Notes: generated from the sequence alone by a model not told the origin. Shown: positions 50,341 through 59,749, numbered from the stretch's first letter. The stretch: DNA of 64,000 nucleotides from a bacterium (GCA_030697705.1 JAUYPE010000005.1:602-64601), one strand, 5' to 3'. Numbers and translations: made by a program.

Positions 50341-50482
50341 TTAGGACTTCCGCATTTGATTGTCATCCAGAGTCCGCCCAGGGCGGACGAAGGATCCCGT
50401 TAGATTTCAGTATACTGAATATTCACGGGATTCCTCGCTTCACTCGGAATGACGGATCAAGAGGCAAACGCGTAAGTCCTAA
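50341..50482. repeat. 142-bp palindromic element of the GTCATTCCGAG family (copy D): 13-bp terminal IRs TTAGGACTTCCGC/GCGTAAGTCCTAA, two opposed half-sites around central palindrome TTCAGTATACTGAA
   Basis: Right half rc = GTCATTCCGAGTGAAGCGAGGAATCCCGT. Left half = GTCATCCAGAGT..CGAAGGATCCCGT with an embedded CCGCCCAGGGCGG palindrome. Confidence 0.65.
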
Positions 50483-50877
50483 TTGATACCAATACCGAAC
50501 ACCTCACGCAAGTCCTGCAGGGTTGTCACGAACCGGAGCTCCTTAAGCTGGTATGGCTGGTCATTGGAGCCGAGCTGATAACCCCATTGATGCCCATTGC
50601 TGAAGGGAACATATCCATCCCATCCGGAACGAGAACTTTCAAGTATCAGATGCTTCCCCGTTTCTACGAGACACCTTAGGTTTTCATAGTTTCCACTGAA
50701 GATCATTTTCTGCGAAAAATTGCGCTCCATGCTGTCTTTGGAGCAAAAAGTGAACACGCGACACCCTGCGGCAATGGGGTCTCCGCCAGCGCGTTTGACA
50801 AGAGCGTACCTATTGGCATGCTCTTCGGAGATGACTGCAGTTACGCCGTTGTTGGAGGACGAGAAAAAGCGAGCCAT
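50479..50877 (-). CDS. hypothetical protein (132 aa), downstream of recR
   Basis: ORF only. Confidence 0.4.
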   Translation of the reverse strand: MARFFSSSNNGVTAVISEEHANRYALVKRAGGDPIAAGCRVFTFCSKDSMERNFSQKMIFSGNYENLRCLVETGKHLILESSRSGWDGYVPFSNGHQWGYQLGSNDQPYQLKELRFVTTLQDLREVFGIGIN

Positions 50878-50943
50878 TAGCTTACTCCTTAGAGTTTGGG
50901 ATAGTGCTGTTTTTGGGAAAGGACTTGTGGGGATGATAGTATA

Positions 50944-51579
50944 CTATTTCCTATTTGTCAAGGCATTGGTGAGGGTGACCTCGTCGGCGTATTCAAGCTC
51001 GGCGCCGAGCGATAAGCCGCGGCCGAGGCGCGAAATGGTGAGATGCGGGTGTTTTTCTTTGAGCGGCGAGAGAATCCGTTCAATATACGTGGCGGTCGTG
51101 TCACCCTCGGCTGTAGAACCGGTGGCGAGAATGACCTCAATCGGTTTATCGTTTTTTTGTACGAGATCCTCAACGCGATTATAGAGCGCGCGCAGATGAA
51201 GGCGTTTGGGCGAGTCGGCATCAAGTGGTGAGATAACGCCACCGAGAATATGATAGGTGCCGTGGTAGGTGGCGAGCTTTTCAAGATTGTGGAGATCGGC
51301 TTCTTTTTCAACCACGGCAATTTGGCGGGCATCGCGCCGTTCGTCTTTACAGATGGCGCAAAGTTGCTTGTCTTCTTTTGTATAAAGCTCAAGGGAACGC
51401 CAGCATTGCGCGCATTCGCCGATATGCTCGCGCATGGTTCGTAACGACTCCGCAATATCATCGGCAACGCCTTGCCGGTCTTTCAATAAAAAAAAAGCTA
51501 ACCGCGTGGCTTGGCGCGGCCCGATCCCCGGCAAGTGCGTCAGCGCATCTATTAATTCTTGTATGGGCTTGGGGTACAT
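50944..51579 (-). CDS. recR: recombination protein RecR
   Basis: HhH (LPGIGPRQATRLAFFLL); C4 zinc finger (CAQC...CAIC); Toprim. Confidence 0.95.
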   Translation of the reverse strand: MYPKPIQELIDALTHLPGIGPRQATRLAFFLLKDRQGVADDIAESLRTMREHIGECAQCWRSLELYTKEDKQLCAICKDERRDARQIAVVEKEADLHNLEKLATYHGTYHILGGVISPLDADSPKRLHLRALYNRVEDLVQKNDKPIEVILATGSTAEGDTTATYIERILSPLKEKHPHLTISRLGRGLSLGAELEYADEVTLTNALTNRK

Positions 51580-51594
51580 GAATGCTCCTGATCG

Positions 51595-53016
51595 CTACAG
51601 CGGCTCCTCAAAGTGTTTTTCAATCGGACGAAACGAAGCGCACTCTTCCTGAAAATACATCTCCATCTTGCCGGTGGGGCCGTTGCGGTGTTTCTCCACG
51701 CGGATCTCGGCGATATTTTTTTTGTCAGAATTCGGATCCGCCTTGTCGGGGCGATAAATAAACATGACGACATCGGCATCCTGTTCTATACTCCCACTTT
51801 CTCTCAAATCCGAGAGTTTGGGAATGGATGAGGGACGCATCTCAACGCCGCGCGAAAGCTGTGAGAGGGCGAGGACGGGCACGTTCAGCTCTTTTGCCAT
51901 GCCCTTTAATGAGCGCGAAATTTCCGAAACTTCTTGCACGCGTGACTCAAAGTTTGAAGAGTGGCCGCGAATAAGCTGGAGGTAATCAATAACGACGAGG
52001 CCGAGATTGTGCTCCGCCTGCAGGCGCCGCGCTTTGGCGCGAAGTTCAATAACCGACGGAGAAGGGGAGTCGTCGATGAAAATAGGCACATCGGAGAGCG
52101 ATGCCATCGCGGTCTGGATGCGCGTGAAGTCGTTGTCCGGTCCGTCGGCACGCAGATGTCCCGTGCGGAGCCGCCAAAGATCCACACTACCATGTGCGGC
52201 GATAAGGCGGTCAATGAGCTGGTCTTTAGACATTTCTAAACTGAAGAGTCCGACTGCGGTGCCGGCAAGTCCGACATTACGGGCAATATCAAGCGCGAGT
52301 GAGGTCTTACCCAAGCTTGGCCGTGCGGCAAGAACAACAAGGTCTGACTTCTGCAAGCCGCCGAGGATATTATCAAGGTCTTTAAATCCCGTGCTTATGC
52401 CGCGAAGCGCGTCCTTCTCGCGATGAATGCGGTCAATGCGCTCCCATGCTTCCTCCAACGCCTCGCGCACCGCGAAAAATTCCTGGCGCATGGAATCCTT
52501 AGCGATACTGAAAATTCTCTGCTCCGCCTGGTCAAGCAGTGCCTCCACATCGTCCGCCTCGCGGTAGCCGAGTTCCGCGATATAGCCGGAGGCGTCAATG
52601 AGATCGCGCAGAAGCCGCTTGCGGCGCACCAGTGTGGCATAATGGTCAACATTGCTTGCCGTGGGGACGGCATTGGCGAGTGTGGTGAGAAATGCTGATC
52701 CACCAATGCGCTCTAGTACTCCTTTTTCGCTTAATCTAGCCGATACGCTCAAGACATCAATAGGTTCGCGGTGATTGAAAAGGTCCAGCATCGCCTCAAA
52801 AATTTCGCGGTGGGCCGGTTTATAGAAATCGCGCGCGGCAATCGCGTCCGCGACACGAAAAATACCATCTTTGTCCAGCATAAGCGCGCCCAACACGGAA
52901 ATCTCCGCCTCAAGATTTTGCGGTGGCACGCGGAGGTGGCCGCCAATACCGGAAGATGATTTTTTTTGAACGGAAGGCATGCAGACATTATACAGCAGGT
53001 AATGCCATTGGTACAC
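51595..53016 (-). CDS. dnaB: replicative DNA helicase DnaB (true start probably MPSVQKK at 52980)
   Basis: N-terminal domain (PQNLEAEISVLGALML); Walker A LAARPSLGKTSLALD; H2-H4 motifs. Confidence 0.95.
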   Translation of the reverse strand: MYQWHYLLYNVCMPSVQKKSSSGIGGHLRVPPQNLEAEISVLGALMLDKDGIFRVADAIAARDFYKPAHREIFEAMLDLFNHREPIDVLSVSARLSEKGVLERIGGSAFLTTLANAVPTASNVDHYATLVRRKRLLRDLIDASGYIAELGYREADDVEALLDQAEQRIFSIAKDSMRQEFFAVREALEEAWERIDRIHREKDALRGISTGFKDLDNILGGLQKSDLVVLAARPSLGKTSLALDIARNVGLAGTAVGLFSLEMSKDQLIDRLIAAHGSVDLWRLRTGHLRADGPDNDFTRIQTAMASLSDVPIFIDDSPSPSVIELRAKARRLQAEHNLGLVVIDYLQLIRGHSSNFESRVQEVSEISRSLKGMAKELNVPVLALSQLSRGVEMRPSSIPKLSDLRESGSIEQDADVVMFIYRPDKADPNSDKKNIAEIRVEKHRNGPTGKMEMYFQEECASFRPIEKHFEEPL

Positions 53017-53064
53017 ATTGACAAAGATGTGCTTTTTGCGTTGCAGATAGTAGGGTGGTACATT

Positions 53065-53223
53065 AGACCTGTCCCCTTATAACCTTTCTACTGCAATGTT
53101 CACATTTCGGCTACGACTTTACAAAAATCTTGAAGCATATACAGCGTATATGTTGAAAGATTTTTGTTTTGTCTCGCTCGAAATCTGAACATCTCGTAAC
53201 GAAAATTATAAGGGGACAGGTCT
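53065..53223. repeat. 159-nt nested-hairpin element with perfect 18-bp terminal inverted repeats (AGACCTGTCCCCTTATAA / TTATAAGGGGACAGGTCT) immediately upstream of dnaB; paralog of 44099-44259
   Basis: Shares start CCTTTCTACT, TTTCGGCT, GTCTCGCT and CGAAAA blocks with the rpsR-upstream copy. Terminal stem sequences differ but remain perfectly paired in each. Confidence 0.6.
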
Positions 53224-53235
53224 ATTGAAAAAACT

Positions 53236-53355
53236 ATGGCGAAGAAAAAACAGCGCGCAGGAAAGAAATTTTTCCATGGCGATGATCTGACGAAAATCAA
53301 AGAGGATCGCCGGCGGCGTTCCAAAACGGAGCCGTGGGAGAAGAAAAAGCGCTGA
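53236..53355 (+). CDS. very small basic ORF (39 aa, MAKKKQRAGKKFFHGDDLTKIKEDRRRRSKTEPWEKKKR)
   Basis: ORF starts 13 nt after the element above; no SD. Confidence 0.25.
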   Translation: MAKKKQRAGKKFFHGDDLTKIKEDRRRRSKTEPWEKKKR

Positions 53356-53395
53356 TGGCAGGATCACGGCATCATGCGGCACTGATTTATTTTTT

Positions 53396-53638
53396 ATGAG
53401 AATTCATGTTCACGCGGTGCCGGGCGCGCGGAAAGAGGAGGTTGTAGAGATGACATCCGGCGAAAGCGGTTCCGGAGAGCGACTTTTCCGCGTTTCGGTG
53501 AAAGAACCGCCCGTGGCCGGACGGGCGAACCGGGCGATTATCAGCGCGCTTGCCGATTATTTCGGAGTCCCCGAGACGCGCGTGCGTATCGTGAGTGGTG
53601 CAATGAGCCGGAGGAAAATTATTGCGATAGAAGAGTGA
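53396..53638 (+). CDS. DUF167 (YggU-like) protein
   Basis: RANRAIISALADYFGVPETRVRIVSGAMSRRKIIAIE matches the DUF167 C-terminus. Confidence 0.65.
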   Translation: MRIHVHAVPGARKEEVVEMTSGESGSGERLFRVSVKEPPVAGRANRAIISALADYFGVPETRVRIVSGAMSRRKIIAIEE

Positions 53639-53664
53639 TGGTATATCGCGCGATGACGCGTCAA

Positions 53665-55047
53665 TCAGTCAATACTGCCAAGATCTTCGCGGTATAAAAC
53701 TTCGGAGCCGATTCCCGCAACGGGCGTGCCGGCACTTTTCGTTACGCGGAGAAGTTCTTCAAGTGTGGTAATGCCAGCCAATACTTTTGCCATGCCATCG
53801 CTCGCCATATCGCGGAAACCCGTTTCTTCGCACGCCGCTTTTATCACCTCCGCGCTCGCATGGGCGAGGATGAGATCGTGCACTTGCTTGTTGAGTTCCA
53901 CCATCTCAAAAATGCCGATACGGCCGAGGTACCCGGTGTTCATGCATCGCCGGCATCCCGTGCCGCTCTTAAGCTCCGTGCGGGCAAGCTCATCCGTGTC
54001 TTTGCCGAGGATGACAAGCGCTTTGAGAAGGTCGCGGTACTCGCTCATTTTTTTAATAATCGCCGGATCGGGTGTACGGGCGACCGTGCAGTGGGGGCAC
54101 ACGCGGCGCACGAGGCGTTGGGCGATGACGAGATTGACGATAGAAGCCGTAACGAAGTCGTCAATGCGCATTTCCAACAAACGCACAAAAGCCGAGGGAG
54201 CGTCATTGGTATGAAGCGTAGTGAAAACAAGATGACCGGTGAGCGCGGCATTGGCGGTGATGACGGCGGTCTCCGAATCCCGTATCTCACCGACCATCAT
54301 GACATCTGGATCCTGCCGCAACAGCGCGCGGAGCCCGTTGGCAAACGTAAGGCCGATGGCGGGATTGACCTGCATTTGCGTGACGCCGGCGAGCGAGTAT
54401 TCTATGGGGTCCTCAAGTGTGGAGACGTTGATATTTCCTTTGGGCAGGAGATTGATAAGACCGTAGAGTGTTGTCGTCTTGCCCGATCCCGTGGGTCCGG
54501 ACGAGACGATCATACCGAACGGCTTTTGGATGTTGCGCATGACAATTTCTTGATGCGCGGATGAAAAACCGAGCCGGTCAAGCGAAAAGTCGCGTAGCTC
54601 GTTGCTCTCCAGAATGCGGAGCACCGCTTTTTCGCCGTGAAGCGTGGGAATGGTTGATATGCGCAGAGACGATGCGGCGTAGCGATCAAGCTCAATGCGG
54701 CCGTTCTGCGGGCGGCGCGCCTCGTCTGTCTTCAGACTTGCAAGAATTTTAAGCCGTCCCATGATGGCAAGATAAATCTCGCGCGGCAGTTCAAGGAATG
54801 TGTGGAGCGCTCCATCCACGCGCAAGCGCACCGTCGCACCCTCGCGTGATGGTTCAATGTGGATATCGCTGGCGCGGCCCTCAATCGCATGCGCGATAAT
54901 GGCATCGGTCGTCTCAATTATGGTAAGATGCGTACCGAGATTGGGAATGGTATACACGGGTGCGATCATGTCGCCGTTCGCCGAAAAAAGATCGCGGGCG
55001 CTTGGCTGATCCTTGATGATTGTTTTAGCGATATTCGGAAGATTCAT
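53665..55047 (-). CDS. pilB: type II/IV secretion ATPase (PilB/GspE family), orphan
   Basis: Walker A SGPTGSGKTT; Asp box; His box; tetracysteine (CPHC...CRRC). Confidence 0.85.
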   Translation of the reverse strand: MNLPNIAKTIIKDQPSARDLFSANGDMIAPVYTIPNLGTHLTIIETTDAIIAHAIEGRASDIHIEPSREGATVRLRVDGALHTFLELPREIYLAIMGRLKILASLKTDEARRPQNGRIELDRYAASSLRISTIPTLHGEKAVLRILESNELRDFSLDRLGFSSAHQEIVMRNIQKPFGMIVSSGPTGSGKTTTLYGLINLLPKGNINVSTLEDPIEYSLAGVTQMQVNPAIGLTFANGLRALLRQDPDVMMVGEIRDSETAVITANAALTGHLVFTTLHTNDAPSAFVRLLEMRIDDFVTASIVNLVIAQRLVRRVCPHCTVARTPDPAIIKKMSEYRDLLKALVILGKDTDELARTELKSGTGCRRCMNTGYLGRIGIFEMVELNKQVHDLILAHASAEVIKAACEETGFRDMASDGMAKVLAGITTLEELLRVTKSAGTPVAGIGSEVLYREDLGSID

Positions 55048-55133
55048 GATGTTATTTTTTTAACGCGTAGATTCAGAGAGTACCATTAAAGTCCATATAA
55101 ATCAAACCGATCTCTCGGGCACTTCAAATAAGA

Positions 55134-55162
55134 TTGACTGTATACCCCCAGGGGGGTATACT
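55134..55162 (+). promoter_or_regulatory. promoter TTGACT-17-TATACT with embedded CsoR-type operator TATACCCCC-AG-GGGGGTATA (55141-55160)
   Basis: Perfect 9-bp inverted repeat with G/C tracts, typical of CsoR boxes, sitting between the -35 and -10 directly upstream of csoR. Confidence 0.6.
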
Positions 55163-55172
55163 TCTTTAATAT

Positions 55173-55448
55173 ATGCAATACATGGACGATAAAGATAAGA
55201 GCCGGATCGTTCAGCGGCTGAGCATTCTTGAGGGTCAAATTCGCGGCCTTCAAAAAATGGTTGAACATAATACTTATTGCGTTGATGTGATCACGCAGAC
55301 GTCCGCAGTCAAACAAGGGTTATCAAAGATTGAGGATTTATTGCTTGAAAATCACCTTGGGAGTTGCGTTCTTAATCAGATGAAATCAGGACAAACACGC
55401 AAGGTAAAAGAGGAAATCCTCAAGGTATATAAACTCAAGCGTAAATAA
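55173..55448 (+). CDS. csoR: CsoR/RcnR-family copper-sensing repressor
   Basis: YCVDVITQTSAVKQGLSKIEDLLLENHLGSC carries the C-H-C ligand pattern. Confidence 0.85.
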   Translation: MQYMDDKDKSRIVQRLSILEGQIRGLQKMVEHNTYCVDVITQTSAVKQGLSKIEDLLLENHLGSCVLNQMKSGQTRKVKEEILKVYKLKRK

Positions 55449-55449
55449 T

Positions 55450-57744
55450 ATGCATACGCAAATTTACAAGGTAAATGGAATGCACTGCGCCTCATGCTCC
55501 TCAATTATTGAGAAGACATTCAAGAAAATTGCGAGCGTGCAATCGGCAGAAGTAAATTATGGCACAGAAAAAGCAAAAATCTCTTTTGATCCATCAAAGA
55601 CAAATCCTCACGATCTTTCCAAGTATATCGAGCCGCTCGGCTATTCGCTAGAAGTTCCTACCACGGTCGAGGAAATGGGAACGTCCGAGAGTGATCATGC
55701 GGCGCATCTTGGTTTAAATCAGTCCAAGAAAGAAAAGCTTGCCGAGGTAGCTGACATGGGGACTAAAGTCATGGCGGCTATCCCTCTGGCGATTTTCAGT
55801 ATCCTTGTCATGGGCTGGGATATCCTCGCCCAATTTGGAATTGTTTCCGAAATGTCTACCGTTATATATAAATTCGTACATCATCTTTTGCCCATCTTTG
55901 CGACGTATGTGCTTTTTGTCGTAGGCAAGCCGTACCTCTTGGGTTTCTATCGCTTCCTTCGATACGGCAAAGCGAATATGGATACTCTCATTGGTATTGG
56001 TACATTTGTCGCTTTTCTTTACAGTTTCATTATCACTGCTTTCGAAGAACCGTTGCGTCAATTTATAAATGTTGAGCATACCTACTACGACGTTACTATT
56101 GTTGTCATAGCGTTCATAACGCTTGGCAAATATCTTGAAGCTAAGGCAAAAATTAAAACTGGAGACGCTATTGAGAAGCTTCTTAATCTGCAAGCTAAAA
56201 CAGCAATAGTAGTTCGAAACGGCAAAGAGCAAGAAATTTCTATAAATCAGGTAGTACACGGCAACCACATTGTTGTAAAACCTGGAGCCAGAATTCCGGT
56301 GGATGGGATCGTTTCCGACGGCTCATCGTTTGTTGACGAATCTATGGTTACCGGTGAGTCTATGCCGATTGAGAAAAATATCGGCGATACGGTTGTCGCC
56401 GGTACGATCAATACCACTGGCTCATTTACATTTAAAGCTACTAAGGTGGGTGCAGAAACATTACTTGCCCACATCATCAAAATGGTTGAGGACGCTCAAG
56501 GCAGTCGTGCTCCCATTCAGGCATTGGCTGATAGAATTTCGGCTGTATTCGTTCCCATTGTGATTGTCTTAGCGTTCCTTGCTCTTGGCGCATGGCTTTT
56601 ACTTGGCACGAGTGCATTTGGTTTCTCTCAAGCTCTTTCCTATGGCCTCGTGTCATTCGTCGGCATCCTTGTGATTGCATGTCCGTGTGCGCTTGGCCTT
56701 GCAACGCCGACAGCAATTATTGTGGGTGTTGGCAAGGGAGCAAAAGAAGGCATTTTGATCAAGGATGCCGCAACTCTCGAAAAACTTCACAAGGTTAATA
56801 CCGTGGTGGTTGACAAGACCGGAACTATAACCAAAGGAAAGCCGGAACTCGTACACATACAAAACATAGCCGATTTTTCCGATGAAAAAATAATTTCTAT
56901 TCTTGCTACATTAGAAAGTAAATCCGAACATCCAATTGCTCATGCTGTTTTAGAGTATGCAAAAGCCAAAGGCATTTCTCTCTTGCCTCTTTCTCACTTT
57001 GAGGTCGTTCAAGGCAAAGGACTGAAAGCAATAATTGAAAAAGTTGAATTCTTTGCTGGAAATACGAAATTGATATCTGATCTTAAACTACCTTTTGATT
57101 TGAAAAAAATCGAGGCAGAAACTCTACAGGGCAAAACGCCAGTCATTCTTGCGAATAAGGATAAAGTTCTTGGCGTGGTCATGGTGGCTGACGCAATTAA
57201 ATCCGAAACGATTGAAGCGATAAAAAATCTCCATAAGCTTGGCATTAAAGTCGTCATGCTCACCGGTGATCACAAAAATACAGCTCTTGCCATCGCCAAA
57301 GAAGTCGGAATCGACGACGTGGTAGCAGAGGTACTTCCAGACGACAAGCTCAACAAAATAAAAGAGTTGCAGAATCAGGGTCGCATTGTGGCCATGGCCG
57401 GTGACGGTATTAACGATGCTCCAGCTCTTGCACAAGCGGATGTCGGTATCGCTATGGAGACCGGTACCGATGTGGCGATTGAGACGGCCGGTATTACTCT
57501 TTTGCATGGCGATATTTCAAAGCTCGTGAAAGCGATTCGTCTTTCAAAGTTCATTATGCGAGGGATCAAACAAAATCTCTTTTGGGCGTTTATATATAAC
57601 ATAATCGGCATTCCACTCGCCGGAGGATTGTTTTATCCTATATTTGGCTGGCTCTTAAATCCCATCTTTGCCGGGCTTGCTATGGCATTCTCAAGCGTTT
57701 CGGTTGTCAGCAATTCATTACGGCTTAAAGCAAAGAAATTATAA
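55450..57744 (+). CDS. copA: copper-translocating P1B-type ATPase, second copy (lower GC than the 18.5-kb copy)
   Basis: GMHCASCS; CPC (IACPCALGLATP); DKTGTIT; GDGINDAPAL. Confidence 0.95.
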   Translation: MHTQIYKVNGMHCASCSSIIEKTFKKIASVQSAEVNYGTEKAKISFDPSKTNPHDLSKYIEPLGYSLEVPTTVEEMGTSESDHAAHLGLNQSKKEKLAEVADMGTKVMAAIPLAIFSILVMGWDILAQFGIVSEMSTVIYKFVHHLLPIFATYVLFVVGKPYLLGFYRFLRYGKANMDTLIGIGTFVAFLYSFIITAFEEPLRQFINVEHTYYDVTIVVIAFITLGKYLEAKAKIKTGDAIEKLLNLQAKTAIVVRNGKEQEISINQVVHGNHIVVKPGARIPVDGIVSDGSSFVDESMVTGESMPIEKNIGDTVVAGTINTTGSFTFKATKVGAETLLAHIIKMVEDAQGSRAPIQALADRISAVFVPIVIVLAFLALGAWLLLGTSAFGFSQALSYGLVSFVGILVIACPCALGLATPTAIIVGVGKGAKEGILIKDAATLEKLHKVNTVVVDKTGTITKGKPELVHIQNIADFSDEKIISILATLESKSEHPIAHAVLEYAKAKGISLLPLSHFEVVQGKGLKAIIEKVEFFAGNTKLISDLKLPFDLKKIEAETLQGKTPVILANKDKVLGVVMVADAIKSETIEAIKNLHKLGIKVVMLTGDHKNTALAIAKEVGIDDVVAEVLPDDKLNKIKELQNQGRIVAMAGDGINDAPALAQADVGIAMETGTDVAIETAGITLLHGDISKLVKAIRLSKFIMRGIKQNLFWAFIYNIIGIPLAGGLFYPIFGWLLNPIFAGLAMAFSSVSVVSNSLRLKAKKL

Positions 57745-58268
57745 TGAAAACCAAGCTTTTCACGTTGCTCATGGTAGTCAGCATGCCTTTCATCGCTTTC
57801 GCAAATGGAGGAGATCAACGCGTTGCAGATGGATATTTAGTAAATCTCTCTCGTGCCCCTTTTACGCCGATTGTCGGAGTCAAGACCGCACTACTTGCCT
57901 CATTCGTTGACCTTAAAACGGGAAATCTGATAAAAAATGATATTTTAGTTTCGATTCGAATAGCCGAAGGAAGAGGATCGAGGGCTTTTATCCACGAGAA
58001 AAAAGATATTCCGATACGAGGAGGAGTGCTGGAGTATTTGTACACATTCCAAAATCCAGGAATACATGAAATATTTTTTGACTTTAAACTTGTAAACGAT
58101 CCGGAACAGAAAGTTCACGAGTTGCCAGACTTTCTTTTAGACGTGCAAAAACCCACGTCTAAAAAAATGCTAGACAATAAGTCGTTTATCTTTGGTATTT
58201 GCGTCGGGATTGTGTCAGGTCTGATTATCGAATGGCTTTTGGGAAAAAGGCAGAATGTAAGGTTATGA
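57744..58268 (+). CDS. secreted protein with C-terminal TM anchor, function unknown (copper-cluster context)
   Basis: Signal peptide; beta-rich; C-terminal TM. Confidence 0.45.
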   Translation: MKTKLFTLLMVVSMPFIAFANGGDQRVADGYLVNLSRAPFTPIVGVKTALLASFVDLKTGNLIKNDILVSIRIAEGRGSRAFIHEKKDIPIRGGVLEYLYTFQNPGIHEIFFDFKLVNDPEQKVHELPDFLLDVQKPTSKKMLDNKSFIFGICVGIVSGLIIEWLLGKRQNVRL

Positions 58269-59299
58269 TCAACAAAAATCAAAAAACATACACATTCCAT
58301 GTTAACGGCATGCACTGCAATGCCTGTATCGTGCTCACAGAAAGTGAACTCACTGACGTGCTGGAGGTGATAAAAGCAAAATCATCACTTGCAAAGCATA
58401 GCGTCGAGGTAACCGGAGATTTTGGAGACAAAGAGCCAGAACATATTGCGAGATACTTAAGCGAGGTATTAAAACCGCACGGATATACTCTCTCGCTTGG
58501 GAAACAAAAACATGCAGTTAAGTGGTCTGACTTCAATCTCGCTTTACCAATTGCCGGAGGGTTTATTGCTCTATTCATCATTTTGCAAAAACTCGGAATA
58601 GTGAACTTGGTGAACACATCAGAAGTTAGTTACGATACTGCATTCGTTATCGGTCTTGTTGCCTCGGTTTCTACCTGTATGGCAGTGGTTGGGGGTCTAG
58701 TACTTTCAATGTCTGCAAACTTTGCCAAAGAAGGTGACAGGATACGACCGCAGGTGTTGTTCCATGTCGGCCGATTGGTTTCGTTTTTCATTCTTGGTGG
58801 CGTGATCGGAGCACTTGGTTCGGCATTCCAGCTCGGCTCAACAGGCACTTTTATTCTTAGCTTTATTATTGCCCTAGTACTGCTGATCCTCGGCATTAAT
58901 CTCCTTGATGTATTTCCGTGGGCAAAGAAACTCCAGCCGACTATGCCAAGTTTTATCGGTAAACGAGTGTATGGTCTTAAGAATGTAAACCATACGCTTA
59001 CGCCTCTCTTGGTGGGCGTTGCGACATTTTTCTTGCCCTGTGGCTTCACCCAGTCAATGCAAATTTATGCGCTGACCACCGGTAGTTTTTTGACTGGCGC
59101 GTTGATCATGGGTGTGTTTGCGCTTGGCACGCTCCCCGTACTTTCACTTTTAAGCTTCAGCTCGCTCGGCATTCATAAAAAAGCCCAATCGGGAGTATTC
59201 TTTAAGGCAACCGGGCTTGTTGTGTTGTTTTTCGGAATTTTTAATCTGATAAACAGCTTAGTCGCCGTCGGTATTATCCCACCGCTCTTCAGTTTTTAA
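58265..59299 (+). CDS. HMA domain fused to DsbD_2/CcdA-like polytopic membrane domain
   Basis: FHVNGMHCNACI HMA; TM Cys motifs (VSTCMAVVGG; FFLPCGFTQSM). Start overlaps the upstream stop (ATGA). Confidence 0.65.
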   Translation: MINKNQKTYTFHVNGMHCNACIVLTESELTDVLEVIKAKSSLAKHSVEVTGDFGDKEPEHIARYLSEVLKPHGYTLSLGKQKHAVKWSDFNLALPIAGGFIALFIILQKLGIVNLVNTSEVSYDTAFVIGLVASVSTCMAVVGGLVLSMSANFAKEGDRIRPQVLFHVGRLVSFFILGGVIGALGSAFQLGSTGTFILSFIIALVLLILGINLLDVFPWAKKLQPTMPSFIGKRVYGLKNVNHTLTPLLVGVATFFLPCGFTQSMQIYALTTGSFLTGALIMGVFALGTLPVLSLLSFSSLGIHKKAQSGVFFKATGLVVLFFGIFNLINSLVAVGIIPPLFSF

Positions 59300-59326
59300 G
59301 CGTCTTGTGATACCATACGAATACTC

Positions 59327-59722
59327 ATGAAAACTACCGCCCTATCCATAGCAATTACCGTAGTCCTTATCGGAGGAGCAATCATGCTCGTCAGAGGAAA
59401 TAAGGATTCAGACAACACTCGCTCGCAATCCGCGAATAATGTAAGTGTTGTTGGCAGCAAACAGGTTATTGAAATAAATGCTAAGGGCGGTTATGCGCCA
59501 AGAATCACGACTGCTAAAGCCGACACGCCTACGGTGATAAAACTAACGACTAACGGCACATTTGACTGTTCGTCTGCCGTACGCATTCCCGGTCTAGGCT
59601 ATCACAGTAATCTCCCGCCCTCCGGTGAGACCTTTGTAGAGGTACCTCCGCAAAAAGTTGGTACGACCGTGCAAGGACTCTGCGCTATGGCGATGTACAA
59701 CTTTACAGTAAATTTTAAATAG
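59327..59722 (+). CDS. secreted cupredoxin-like protein
   Basis: N-terminal anchor; beta domain with C...H...C...M-like ligands (FDCSSAV...GLCAMAMYNF). Confidence 0.45.
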   Translation: MKTTALSIAITVVLIGGAIMLVRGNKDSDNTRSQSANNVSVVGSKQVIEINAKGGYAPRITTAKADTPTVIKLTTNGTFDCSSAVRIPGLGYHSNLPPSGETFVEVPPQKVGTTVQGLCAMAMYNFTVNFK

Positions 59723-59749
59723 AATCCATCTCAAAAAATACCTCCCTCT

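Noticed and set aside
50274-50500. Missing rpmA (L27) after rplU
   Set aside because: No L27-like ORF (MAHKKGGGS...) in any frame downstream. The space is occupied by the palindromic repeat element, so rpmA is simply elsewhere; not called as a feature.
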